The notes below the pieces were generated by a model, which worked only from the letters and a program-made list of their open reading frames with translations, made no database searches and had not been told where the DNA came from. Positions 13,098-25,539 of a stretch of 64,000 bases of DNA are shown in pieces. Both the position numbers and the translations under genes were made by a program. Every line of letters begins with the position of its first letter. The first letter of the stretch is position 1. This DNA is from Carcharhinus longimanus (Eukaryota): assembly GCA_030264375.1 (NCBI GenBank), contig JASCQW010000122.1, positions 27,859,642-27,923,641 on the forward strand. The letters are read 5' to 3'.

Positions 13098-15185
13098 AGA
13101 AACAGAATCACTGAATTGTTATGGCTCAGAAAGAATGCCATTTGACCCATCCGATTGAATAACTCATTCAATATCGTTCTCTCACCTTCTCCCCATAACT
13201 CTATTCTTCCTTTTCAGACAACACTAATTTCCTTTTGAATGTCAAAATTGAACCTGCCTCCTAAACACTCTCTGATAATGCATTCCAAACTCTAACTACT
13301 TGCTGTGTAAAAATGTTTTTCCTCACATCGCTTTTGCTTCTTTTACTAATTATTTTAAATCTGTGCCCTCTTGTTCTTAAACTCGTGGGAACAGTTTCTC
13401 CCTGTTAACTCTGTCCCGATCCCTCATTATTTTGAATACCTCTACAAAATCTCCACTCAACTTTCTTTTCTCGAAGGAAAACAGTTCTACTTTCTCCAAT
13501 TCATCCTCATAACTGAAGTTCATGGAAGTCCATGTATACCACATCAACTGCATTGTCCTTATCAACCCTCTCTGCTGACTCCTAAAAAAACTCGAGCAGG
13601 TTAGTCAAACATTATAATCGCTTAAGAAATCCATGCTGGCTTTCCTTAATTAATTATTCAAGCGACCATTTAGTCCCAAATTATTGGTCTAGATGTTTCC
13701 CCACCATTGAATTTAAACTGACTTGCATATAATTGTTGGGTTTATCTTTACACCCTTTTTTGAACAAGGATGTAATGTTTGCAATTCTCCAGCCCTCTGG
13801 AACCACCCCAGAGTCTAAAGAGAATTAAAAAATTATAACCAGCACTCTTCAATTTCATTTCCCTCAGTACCCTTGGATATATCTCAGCTAGCATCTAGAT
13901 TACCTCATCTTTTACCACATCCTGGGTAGCATCATCTTCTTTTGTAAAGACAGCTACAAAATATTCATTTAGTACCTCAGCCATGCCCTTTTCTTCCATG
14001 CGTAAATCCCCTTTTTGGTCCCTATTGGCCCTACTCCACCTTTTCCCATTGTCTGCCTAGAACATATGATACAATGATCACTGTCCCGAAATGTTCCCCC
14101 ACTGACACGACCTACTTGGTCCGCCTCGTTTCTAAGAACCAGGTCTAGCAATGTCTGCTTCCTAGTTGGATTGGAAACATACTGCTGAAGATAATTTTCT
14201 TGAACACATTGTAGGCCTTTTTCTGCTCTTTACACCAGTAATATCCCATTCTATATTTGGATAATTAAAGCCCCCCCTTGTAAGTACTTTATAATTTTTG
14301 CACATTTCTGTAATTTGATTATAAATTTTGTTCCTACACATCTTTCTCACTAATAGGTGGGCAATAGACTTTGCCAAACAATGTAATTGCACCTTTATTG
14401 TTCTTTAGCTGTACCTAAATAGATTATGTGCTTAATCCCTCTGGCGCATCCTCTTTCTCCAGCATTGCAATGGTCTCCTTGCTACCACCATGTCCCCTTT
14501 CCTTTCTTTCCTATCTTACCTGAACACCTTATATCCAGGGATATTTAATGCCCAGTCCGGCCCTTCTTTGAGCCAGTTCTCTGTTATGGCCACAACATCA
14601 TATTCCTACAAGACAATCTGCAATTGTAACTCACCAATCTTTTTACTACACTCTAGGCAATCACATACATGCACAGTAACCTTAATTTAGACTCTAGCTA
14701 TCTAGCTCTTCAAATATGCTGCCTCACATGGTAATTCACTCTAATATTATCTTTTGATTCCTACATGCCTGCCAAGTTAGTTTAAACCCTCCACAATAGC
14801 ACTATCAAAATGCTCCACAAGGGACCCTGTCCTGGTTCTGTTCAGGTGCAACCCATTCAACCTGTACAGGTCCAATCTCCCCTAGAACCAGTCCCACTGC
14901 CCCATGAATCTAAAGTCCTTGCTCCTGCACTACCTTTTCAGGCACATATTTAGTTGTCTTATCCTCCTATTTCTGTACTCACTTGAGCATAGAACTGGCA
15001 GCATTCTGGAGATGACTACTTTTCCTGCTTGCTAATCCTCTATTTACCTTGTTCCCTAAATTCAGACTGCAGAATCACATCCTTCTTTCTACCTACATCA
15101 TTGGTACCAATATGGACCACAACTGCTGGCTGTACACATTGCCACCTAAGGGTTCTCTGCAGCTGTTCAGTGACATCCTTGACGC
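13098..15185 (-). mobile_element. Fragmented CR1/HER1 LINE: 3' tail, ORF2 pieces, APE endonuclease and ORF1 SGNH esterase
   Basis: 3' end LFSFEKRKLSGDFVEVFKIMR; endonuclease LDLVLRNE..DSDH and GGFNYPNIEW; ORF1 QPAVVVHIGTNDVGRKKD and GRLDLYRLNGLHLNRT. Confidence 0.85.
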
Positions 15186-15417
15186 TGGCACCTTTAAATC
15201 TATGCCCCTAAAAATCTTTCTGCTCATGAAATAGCCGTTCCCATCCATTCTATCTAGGCCTGTTATAATTTTATATACCTCAATTAAGCATATCTTTAAC
15301 TTCTCTATCTCAAAGAAACATTCTATTCTACCCTATCTTTCCTCCTACTTAAAATTGTCCATCCCTGGTAAAATCCTCAGAAATCTTCTCTGTAATCTTT
15401 CTAATTGGATTACATCC

Positions 15418-15522
15418 TTCTTGACAAGGTGCTGCATAAAAGGCTGGTGCCTAAAGTAAAAGTGCAGTAAAATTGGAGGAAGTGTGTTAGCATGGATTGA
15501 AAACTGACTGTCACTTAGAAAG
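15418..15522 (+). mobile_element. CR1 RT fragment (left half of a split element)
   Basis: FDKVLHKRLVPKVK...IGGSVLAWIEN*LSLRK; the frame continues at 17884. Confidence 0.8.
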
Positions 15523-15803
15523 AAGTCTCACAACACCAGGTTAAAGTCCAACAGGTTTATTTGACAACAATTGCCACTAGCTTTTGGAACATTGCTCCTT
15601 CATCAGGTGAGTATGGAGTTCTGATCACAAACAGTGCATATAAAGGCATACACTCTGTTTACAGAATGCTGATTAGAATGCGAGTCTTTACAAGTAGTCA
15701 AGTCTTAAAAGTCCAGACAAATCGATTGGAGATAGCATTAAGCATAGATTAAAGAGATGTGTATTGTCTCCAGACAGGACAGTAAGTGAGATGTTGCAAG
15801 CCC
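15523..15803 (-). mobile_element. Penelope-like element terminal repeat with degenerate hammerhead (15575-15609)
   Basis: AAGTCTCACAACACCAGGTTAAAGTCCAACAGGTTTATTTG terminus. Minus strand reads CAC CTGATGA A GGAGCAATGTTCC AAAA GC TA GTG. Confidence 0.75.
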
Positions 15804-15903
15804 NNNNNNNNNNNNNNNNNNNNNNNNNNNNNNNNNNNNNNNNNNNNNNNNNNNNNNNNNNNNNNNNNNNNNNNNNNNNNNNNNNNNNNNNNNNNNNNNN
15901 NNN

Positions 15904-16003
15904 TTAGAGGGTCATTGCTTTTTTAATTGGTCGGCGCAACATCGTGGGCTGAAGGGCCTGTTCTGCGCTGTAATGTTCTATGTTCTATGTTCTATGTTCT
16001 ATG
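15904..16003 (+). mobile_element. CR1/HER1 3' tail with (ATGTTCT)n microsatellite
   Basis: GGGCTGAAGGGCCTGTTCTGCGCTGTA followed by ATGTTCT x4. Confidence 0.8.
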
Positions 16004-16619
16004 AACATCGTAGGAGTATCACCATTCCCCATCTGGGACATTGCCTGCGCTTATCTGGCCCCCTCTCCCTCCTGCCCCTCTCTTCCTCTTCAGAGGAAAT
16101 CCCAATAGCAGAGCACACTACCCTGAACAGAACAGATGCAGAGGGCCAGTGCCTTGCAAATGATGTCCTCCAATCCTCAGGAAAGCCTCCTGGAAAAGTC
16201 CTGAAATGCTGAAAGTCATACCTCAAATGCCAAATTATAGCTAAGATACTCAAGCTAGACGCTATACTCACACAGCTATGAACTATATCACAGAAAAGCT
16301 GTTGCTGCCCCCAGAGCTTTTTATCATGCCTTTGACTGCAGGAGCAAAATATGTTTTGGGTGCCCACCCATTTTCTCATATGATGAGCTAAGATAACACG
16401 GACAGCATAAAACCACTATCAATTTTACTTTTAGTGGCCTTAAGTAGCTCTTTAACCATCAGCAGGTGCATATCTGGTTCATGCATTCGGCCACTGACCT
16501 TGAAATTGCATGTGTGAGCAAGGGCATTGGGAAATTCTCCAACATTTTCTCATGCGCTCAGCCCAAACATATAAAATTCTGGCCTGTGTGTTTGGAGACT
16601 AGATATTGAGGAGTGTAGA

Positions 16620-17480
16620 AAGTTAAAGATAACAATCATCTTGAAATGAAGTCATCAGAATGTTATATCCTCAGGGCTGCCAGTGTCAAAAATGCTCTCA
16701 AAATTTTGCCCAAGCTCCTTTCTGTTTGATACTAGAGACATCTCAAAGGCCTTTCAGTCAGCTGCCTTCAAATGCATGTGGCAGATCATGAATGCTTTGT
16801 TTGATCAGATATTAGCTTATGTCAATTTCCCTTGTTACTCTAGTAGCCTGAATGAGCGGGTACTAACATTTGGCTTTCTGGCTGGAATCCCCGAGTTACA
16901 GGGAATCATTGATTGCTCTGTAATCTGAGGATCACTACGTCAATCAGGTATTTTTATCATCTACAAGAGATTTTATTCCATCAATACACAGCTGGTGTGC
17001 AACTACAGGAGAAAATTCATGCAGATCTGTGCCAGCTTCCCTGGGAGCTGTCATTGTGTTTCCATAGAACTGCAGTCTAACACTGTTTTCATTCTAGGGA
17101 ATAGACTTGGCTCATGACATCTATGAGGAAACCCAAATATGAAATACAGGAGCACTACAATGAGAGCCACATGGCCTCCACGTAGATTATTGAGCAAGTC
17201 ATTGGAATATTGAAGACGTGATTAAGATGCACAGATACGTTGGACAGCTCTTCAGGACTGCAGTGGGAGTGTGCAGAATTATAGGGGAGTATTGTGTCCT
17301 GCACAACATTATACAGGAAAGAGGGTTAAAGTGAACAATGACCAAGGTGTTTGTCAGATCTCTTCTGAGAAGAACATTGAACATAGGAGGAGGAGTGGAA
17401 GGAATGTAAAGCTAGGAACAACTATCACCAGACCATCCACATCCATTGCTGCCTGGATGCCAAGGTTGCCATCATAGCTT
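16620..17480 (+). pseudogene. Harbinger/HARBI1-like DDE transposase fossil
   Basis: QSAAFKCMWQIMNALF...LAGIPELQGIIDCS...YKRFYSINTQLVCN...CASFPGSCH...YNESHMAST*IIEQVIGILKT*LRC...CVLHNI. Confidence 0.85.
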
Positions 17481-17652
17481 GAAGCTTCAGTGAATTATTC
17501 TGACTAGCCCAGTAAGAAATGAAATCCACGATCAACAACATGCTCCCCACTGTCCCCACCCTCCATTCTTTTTGCACTCAATAGTCCTCCTGCCATGCAT
17601 GAACTATTGCACTTCACCTAATGGATCCTGTCTTATAGTGATATTCATATTT

Positions 17653-17883
17653 TAAGAAGGCTCACAACACCAGGTTAAAATCCAACAGGTTTATTTGGCA
17701 ACAAATGCTACTAGCTTTCAGAGTGCTGCACCTTCGTCAGGTGAGTGCCCACTCACCTGACAAAGGAGCAGCACTCCAAAAGCTAGTGGCATTTGTTACC
17801 AAATAAACCTGTTGGACTTTAACCTGATGTTGTGAGACTTCTTACTGTGTTTACCCCAGTCCAAAGCCGGCATCTCCACATTA
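17653..17883. mobile_element. Penelope-derived palindromic terminal repeat with two opposed hammerhead motifs
   Basis: Inverted arms 17653-17747 and 17750-17844, followed by the tail CTGTGTTTACCCCAGTCCAAAGCCGGCATCTCCACA. Confidence 0.85.
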
Positions 17884-18060
17884 TGTCACATAGAAAGCAG
17901 AGAGTTGGAATTAATGGGTCCTTTTCAGAGTGGAAAGATGTAACTAGTGGTGGAGTACCGCAGCGGTCAGTTCTTGGCCCGCAATTGTTCACTATTTGCA
18001 TTAATGACCCTGAGGAAGGAACAGAATAGAAGATTTCCAAATTTGCTGATGATACGATGA
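17884..18060 (+). mobile_element. CR1 RT fragment (right half of a split element)
   Basis: [41 protein letters not shown]...KISKFADDT. Confidence 0.9.
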
Positions 18061-18886
18061 TCAGTCATAGCTGAGGATTGAATCTCAATCCTGAATTTAT
18101 CAATATTTATATAATTAATCCTGCCCACTATAGTTCTGTCTTCAAGACTTAAGATGCAGTACTCAGATTGAAACAATTTTACATTGCTAATGTTAACTGA
18201 ATATAGAAATGAACTAAAGCAGACATTATGCATGGAGAGTTATGTTATCCATGGATTAACTTAAACTGCAATTTATGTCTAAGATTTTAGAAGTGTGCCA
18301 CGCTATAACAAACATTGCAAGTAGAATAACAACATTACTCTACTTATTATACTTACTTACTATAACATTCAGCAAAATAATACGTTTATTGGTGTTTAAA
18401 ATGTGAAGTTGGGTAAACACAGAAGCTGTACCCTGCCAAAACATTGGAGTTTAGCATCCAGCTGTCATAGTTCGTGATGGAGAGAATCCCTAGTCTTTGT
18501 TTAGTATTCAGTGAATTTTTACATGGCAGGACAATGTTTCTTAATGAAACGCCAGATGGAACTACTGTTGAATTAAAATCCCACTCCATTTATTTTAAAG
18601 CATTAGTTGTTTTATATATGATCATTGTTTGTGATGTGAATCTTAACATGATCCTCTAAATCTGTAAACTTAATTGAACATAAAGAAGTCGGAGAGATTC
18701 CATTTGCTTAGAAATGAAACTATACCTGTAGGATAAGCATTTCAAAGTCTTCCTTTATGAAAATGTAATTACACACCTACACATCAGGGTATTGTGATAT
18801 ATATTGGGCACTAAATCCAGGAAAAGTTTGGTACATCATACTGTCTGATTTCAACAACATTGCAATTTATTTTTCATTTTATCTAG

Positions 18887-18954
18887 AGGTTTTTGTACGT
18901 CAGTGAACATGATGCACACCAACCGGACAAGCTGTGAACACAATTATTTGAATG
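18887..18954 (+). other. Candidate exon (one open frame, GFCTSVNMMHTNRTSCEHNYLN)
   Basis: TTTTTCATTTTATCTAG acceptor and a modest ATG|GTGAAT donor. Confidence 0.15.
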
Positions 18955-20086
18955 GTGAATTCATTTGGGGGAATTGGAGTTTGTAGAAAGACAGGGAGAG
19001 GTTTCACAATTTATTCAGCACAGTCAAGAGTTGTGTCTCAATTTAGATGAAAGTTCCTGGTTGATCTGATGGTCTTTGGATTGTGTTGTGTGTGTAATCA
19101 ATGACATTCTGTATCTGTGGGAATCTCACCACAGATGTAACTCTTGAGTGCCTGCTCATTCTGGCTATTGTTATCTCATAAGAAGTTGGTATTGTTGACT
19201 CCTAGGCAAATAACCAATCATTCACCTGCCTTATAGGTTTATGAGCAGCAGATCAGGAAACCCTCACTGCATCTTGAAGAGGCTAGTGGCAAACAAATTT
19301 AAGGCAGCAGTGATTTTCACATTGACAGGCAACACATAGCCAACAGGTCTAGCAGGAAGCAGTTCTTCTGGAAGGCTGCAGATGTCTGCTTTTACTTGGC
19401 ATGTTAATGTGAGCCTCAGGAAGCACTGGTCTTCAGAGAGTTCAAGGAAGCTGAGACCTGGATCCCCTGTTAAGTGGGTAGCGCCTCCTGCAACTTTGAT
19501 CCCTCATTTGTTGCCCTCTCCTTTCCCTTCCCTGCTGTCCATTTCTCTATTCTCTATTGTCCACACCTCCACTGTCCACCACAGTTCCCGCCACAGTGTG
19601 TCATTGTTGCTGCTGCTTGTCAGCCAGGAAGTGATTCATGCATTATACAGTGAGGGTTGAGGAGGTTGGTTAATGCCATACAATGACTTAAAAAACCATG
19701 GAACCTCAATCCCAGCAGTTAAAGCAGGACCTCACTCACTGCTGAACTTTACTCCTGAGCTCACAAAGTTTAAAGGTCAGTGGAAGGAGTCTCCAGAGTG
19801 GAGAAGTACATCTGTGGTACTCCCTGCTGAATTTGTCAGAGATACCAATGAAAACTGTCCTACCTTGTGGTTGGATTGAAATGTTAGACCCTATCCTATC
19901 ACCAACCACTCCCACCTCCCTCATTCCCCCACACTCCATCCACCTATCCCTGCACTCGAAACCCTTGTGTGTGAGGGGCATTTAAAAAAAACACTACATA
20001 TTCCTTCTTTGTGATTTTAGAATCAAGTTCATGATCCCAAGTGGTTTTCCCCTGATTGGGCCACATCTCTGCCCATCAGGAGGGTA

Positions 20087-20399
20087 AAAAGTCTGACAAC
20101 ACCCGGGTTTAGTCCAACCTAAATAGGTTGGACTAAACCCTGGTGTTGTCAGACTTTTTACTGTGTTTACGCCAGTNNNNNNNNNNNNNNNNNNNNNNNN
20201 NNNNNNNNNNNNNNNNNNNNNNNNNNNNNNNNNNNNNNNNNNNNNNNNNNNNNNNNNNNNNNNNNNNNNNNNNNNNGACGAAGAGGCAGTCCCCTCGAAA
20301 GCTTGTGAGAATATTATCAAATAAATAGGTTGGACTAAACCCTGGTGTTGTCATACTTTTTACTGTGTTTACGCCAGTCCAACGCCGGCATACCCACAT
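20087..20399 (+). mobile_element. Penelope-derived insertion with a 5' inverted terminal segment, hammerhead motif and 13-bp TSD
   Basis: CATCAGGAGGGTA is duplicated at 20074-20086 and 20400-20412. Palindrome at about 20087-20158. GACGA A GAGG CAGTCC CCTC GAAA GC TT GTG follows the gap. Confidence 0.85.
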
Positions 20400-20489
20400 C
20401 ATCAGGAGGGTAGCAGTATGACTTATTTCACTGGGTGTACTAAAGAGTTACTCATTATAAACTTTGCTCCCACTAAATTTATTTAATTA

Positions 20490-21455
20490 TTTTATTCATT
20501 TATGGGATTTGAGAGTCACTGGTTAAGCAAGCATTTATTGCCCACCCCTAGACGCCATTCAGAAGGTGATGGTGAGCTGCATCCTTGAACCACTGCAGTC
20601 CCTGAGGTGTCGGTACACCACAGTGCTGTAAGGAAGGGTGGTCCATGATTTTGATCCAGCGACTGTGAAGGAACCGCAATATAATTCCATGTGAGAATGG
20701 TGAGTGACTTGGAGGGGAACCTCCAGGTGGTGGTGTTCCCAGATATCTGTCAAACTTCTTCAGTGTTGTTGGGGCTGCATTCATCTTGGCAAATGGAAAG
20801 TTATGATGGAATACTCCATCATACTCCCATCTTGTGCCTTGTACATAGTAGACAAGCTGTGGGGAGTCAGGAGGTGAGATGCTCTTTGCAGGATTTCTAG
20901 CCACTGACCTACTCTTGTAGCTACAGTACTTATATGGTTAGTCCAGTTCAGTTTCTGGTCAATTGTAACCCCCAGAATGTTGATGGTGAGGAGTTCAGCA
21001 ATGCTAATACCATTGAATGTCAAAGGAAATGGTTAGATTCTCTCTTGGAGATGGCCATTACTTGGCGCATTTGTCTTGGATATTGTCCAGGTCTTGTGCA
21101 TTTGGATATAGACTGTTTCCGTATCTGTGGAGTCACAAATGACACCAAACATTGTGCAGTCAGCTGCGAACATCCCCATTTCTGATCTTATTATGGAGGG
21201 AAGGTTATTGACGAAGCAGCTGGAGATGGTTGAACCTAGGACACAATCTTCAGGGACTCCTGTGGTGATGTCCTGGAACTGAGATGATTGACTTCCAACC
21301 ACCGCAATCATCTTTCATTGTGCCAGGTATGATCCAACCAGTGAAGGATTTTACCCGTGACCCCCATTGACTGCGGTTTTCCATGGTTCCTTGATACCAT
21401 ACTTGGTCAAATGTTGCCTTGGTGTCATTGGCAGTCATTCTCACCTCACCTCTAG
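20490..21455 (-). mobile_element. CR1-group LINE (second family), RT to 3' end
   Basis: DTKATFDQVWYQG...VVGSQSSQFQDITTGVPEDCVLGSTISSCFVNNLPSIIRSEMGMFAADCT...ILGVTIDQKLNWTNHI; 3' tail GGGCAATAAATGCT...ATAAATGAATAA. Confidence 0.85.
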
Positions 21456-21761
21456 CATTGGTGACTTCATTTGGGGAGGGTATTGGTAGCCCTTAAACAA
21501 GGCCCCAACAAACATTATATGGATGAATAACGTCAATGTGGGCAAGTATGGACGTATTTGAATTTTGCTATAAAGGATGTGCAATTTTGGAGCATCAGTC
21601 TCCTATTCACAATGCACCCAATAGTGTTTTATTATAAACATCTTTTTCTTTCTTTTATTTCTGCTTTTCAAAAAAAATCCAACCTCAAGATTTTGCCTCT
21701 GGAACTGTATTTAATAACTACAACTAGTTGTGAATTTAATTAGTTATAACCTGGAAAATAT

Positions 21762-23254
21762 GGGGGTGATTCTCGCAAAAATGTTCTAGGAGAGTGCTGA
21801 ATTCACAGGGAAACTGGTGTAAATCATGGTAGTTTTTTTCAGTGGGAGTTCACACTAGAATCTCACACACACTGTGCACTGCTGAGGTTACAACTGGGCA
21901 TATCATTAAAAGCTCGGGGGGCAGGGCCTACTTGCACCGGAGTCTCACAGTTCCAGGCCGCTGTCTATGCGTAGTGGCCCCAAACTGTCAGCCTGCACTT
22001 TGCTGGTCAACTCGATCACCGGCCAGCCCAGGAACCCACAGTGCTGCCCCTCCCAACACACCCATGGTCCCATTGTGGCCCCTGCGAGCATTCCCGAGAC
22101 AACCCCAACCTTGCCCACCATTCTGGAGCACTCCGATCTCCAGCCACCATCCCCCCCTGCCCCTTCAGCAGTGACAATATGCTCCCCTCCCACCCCCCCG
22201 CCCCCACGGGAGGCAAATCACCCCAGCAGATCACCCCTCCCCTCTTTCGGCCTGCTCCAGTCGCTGGCCTCCCTCCAGCTCTGATCACTCTGTTAACGTT
22301 TTTGTCTTTTTATTCCGCAGGTGGAGGTCCACCTTGTTGTCAAATGAGGGGCATGCACACGGTGGGTCGTGCGTGGGCTGCTCTTGGAGGTTCCNNNNNN
22401 NNNNNNNNNNNNNNNNNNNNNNNNNNNNNNNNNNNNNNNNNNNNNNNNNNNNNNNNNNNNNNNNNNNNNNNNNNNNNNNNNNNNNNNNNNNNNNTTAGGG
22501 GTTCCACTCGTAGACACGCAGGGTAGAATAGGTGTAGGAGGATGCGGCGGCGCGGGCTCGTTGGGCCGAAGCGCCTGTTTCCCGTGCTGGGTTGTTCTTT
22601 GTTCTTTGTACTCCCAATGCAGAGTGGACACCCCCACCCCACACCCCCACAGATTGCCGGCTAGGCCCGATCGCTCCCAATGCAGAGTGGACACCCCCAC
22701 CCCACACTCCCACAGATTGCCCACGAGGCCCAACTCCCAGCTGGTCCTGCCCTCTACGCCTCGCTCCTTTGGCACTGCTCCATGCCCAGTGGGCAGTGCC
22801 AAGGTGCCCCTAGGCATGGGCACTTTGCCCCTTGGGCAATACCAGATGCCACAGGCTTGCACTGTCAGAGAGCCCATGCCTGGGGGCTTTACCCCCCACT
22901 GCCTGACCCTTGGGGGTCCTCAGTTGTCCCCCCCTTCACTCTAGCAGGGTCTCCTGCTACTTCCCCAAAAGTGGGGAGTTAGCCTGAACCCCCACTGGTG
23001 GGAGATGCTAGCAGGCCCAGAGAATTCAGTACCGGGCCCAATAATCACATTTAAATAAGATTTAAAATAGATTAAAATGTCTTACCTGCTGTTCTTGCGA
23101 GTTTCCAGCGTGGCCCCAACTTGCACCGGATATCCAGCACTGGGAGATGCACGCGCATCGGGAACACATGCGCGAATCCCACGAATCAGCCGCCGCGTGA
23201 TTCTCGTGGCCCACCACGCTAAAAGTTAGCACAGCGGGTTGGGAGAATCACTCC
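21762..23254. mobile_element. Non-autonomous TIR DNA transposon (probably Harbinger-type), GC-rich
   Basis: Termini GGGGTGATTCTCGCAA and TTGGGAGAATCACTCC match 14/16 as inverted repeats and are flanked by TAT on both sides. Contains a CR1 tail (22495-22610) and a 63-bp-period duplication (22611-22720). Confidence 0.65.
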
Positions 23255-24419
23255 TATATATCTGTTAATAAAACTTCGGCCTGATCTGATTTTACCTGGA
23301 TTAACATTGCCAATAAAATAGCAAGTAAACAGGTTTGGCGTGAGTACAATAAACATTTATGTGATAATAATACACAACATAATTTCCAGGTTTACATGTG
23401 CTTATTTAGTTCAAATGCAAGAACTACAAAAGAATGTTATTATCTCAATCTCTCTGTACACTAATCAATGGGGTATGTAAACATTATTATCCTTCCCTTC
23501 AAAGCAGAAATATAACCATGAAAAGAAATACTTAACAAGGCTTAAAAATTGCAAGAATATATTGCAATGGTGCAATGTGTATTTTCACATGGGTGGAAAG
23601 GTGGTTAATTTACTAATTGAAAATTGCTCCTTCCAGAGATGTATCAATATGTGATTCATTATTATATCACTGAAAAAACCCTTTGATCTCTGGCAGTCTA
23701 TGAAAGTGAGAGGCTTTTCAACCAGAAAACAGCAAAAGGGAGACAACACTGCTAGGATATCAGGTCTGCCTGTGGCCAATGCAGAGGGATTATTCTGCTA
23801 AATTAAGTAAAAAGACCCACACAAGTGCAAGTAGTATCTTTTTTTTAACTATTGTGTGAATATAATTGTACTGATCATACCTCTTGGTCTGTATATTGTG
23901 GAAAAAAGCAGTTTACAATTCAAATCAAACTGTGCCTCATCTTGCTTGCTCAGTCTGCCTTCAGAGGGATTGAAAAATAATTATGTGCCAAAGAAAAAAA
24001 ATTTATAATTCAGGGCTCAAGGGAATATTATTGTTACATCCCAGAAGTAGATGTACAGCATGAGTCAACTCCCATGAACTAAAAGGGGGTGAAATTTAAC
24101 TGGAATCCTAAACATGTCAATACTGCCCACCCAATATACAGGCGGCGAATGTGAAACAACCCATTTTGTATGCTTTTGCAGGTTGGGTGCTGCTCCAAAG
24201 AAGCTCAGACTATTTACAGCAGCAATTGATGCCTTTGAACATTGGGAGGTGTCTATAGCTAAGCCTAATTCACTTGTTTTAAATACGTGTGGTAACAGAT
24301 TGATTATCATCATTGGTGTTGCCTGTGATACCTTGAAATATCAGAGACAGTGAGGTTAGGGGCTATTTTGACCTTCAAATCTAGTGTTTGTTTTCAGAAC
24401 ATGGATGGTTTTCTGAAGC

Positions 24420-25500
24420 ACAAATTCACAGGATTATTGCAGCACAGCAGAGGCTATTTCACCCATCATCTGCATTGGTTCTTTGAATAAGCAATTCACC
24501 TACTGCCATTCTCCCACTTTCCACAACATTGCACATTCTTCCTTTTCAGATAACGGTCTAGTCACCTTTGAATTTCTCGACTGAACTTACTTCTACCACA
24601 GTCTCAGGTATTGCATTCTAAACTTTTGTTTCATTTGCAAATTACTTTAAATCTGTACCCTCTCTAGTATGTCCAGATGCCTCATTATATTGAATACCCC
24701 TATGAAATTTCCTCTCAACCGCCTCTTCTCCAAGGAGAATAGTCCCAAATTCTTCCATCTATAAATGAAGTTCCTCATCCCAGAAACCATTCTTGTGATT
24801 TTTTTTCCTGCACATTAATACCTTCACCCACTTTCAAAAATGTGGCATCCAGAACTGGACACAGTACTCCAGCTGTGTGTCTTGTAGAAGTTCAACAATT
24901 CTCCTTGCTCTTGTACTGTATGCCCCTATTAATAAAGCCTTGGGATACTATATGCTTTAATTGCCACTCTCTGAACTTTTCTTCCACTTTTAATAACTTA
25001 CGTGTATATACACCCAAGTCCCTTTGCTCCTCCACCTCCTTGAGATTTTTAACCTTTATGTTGTATCTTCATGTTCTCCACATCAAAACAAATCATTTCA
25101 TATTTTTCCAGACTGAACTTTTTCTGCCACTTACTTGCCCATGCTACCAAACTGTCTATGTCCTTCTTAATTTCTACACCACCCTCTTCACAGTTCGCAA
25201 TCTAAGTTTCGTATTATCTGCAAATTTTGAAGTTGTGCCTTGTACAGCAATGACTGGGTCATTAATCTATCTGAAGAAAAGTAAGAGTCCCAACACTGAT
25301 CCCTGGGATGTTCCGCTACCAGCCTTCCTCCAGTCTGGAAAAAAATCCATTAATCACTACTCTCTGTTTCCTGTCTCTGAGCCAAGTTTGTACCACTGTT
25401 GCTATTGTCTCTTTTATTCCGTGCTCACAAGTCTGTTGTGCGGCACTGCATCAGTTGCCATTTGGAGGCCCATGTCCACCACATCAACAGCATTGACCTT
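24420..25500 (-). mobile_element. CR1 LINE, RT to 3' end
   Basis: WRKAGSGTSQGSVLGLLLFFR*IND...TSKFADNTKL and LEYCVQFWMPHF. Confidence 0.85.
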
Positions 25501-25539
25501 ATCATTCAAAAAATTGCCCCACCCTCTACTGTGTCTATG

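Noticed and set aside
21842-22982. Cluster of Pro/Gly-rich ORFs
   Set aside because: By-product of a GC-rich non-autonomous transposon and an N-gap.
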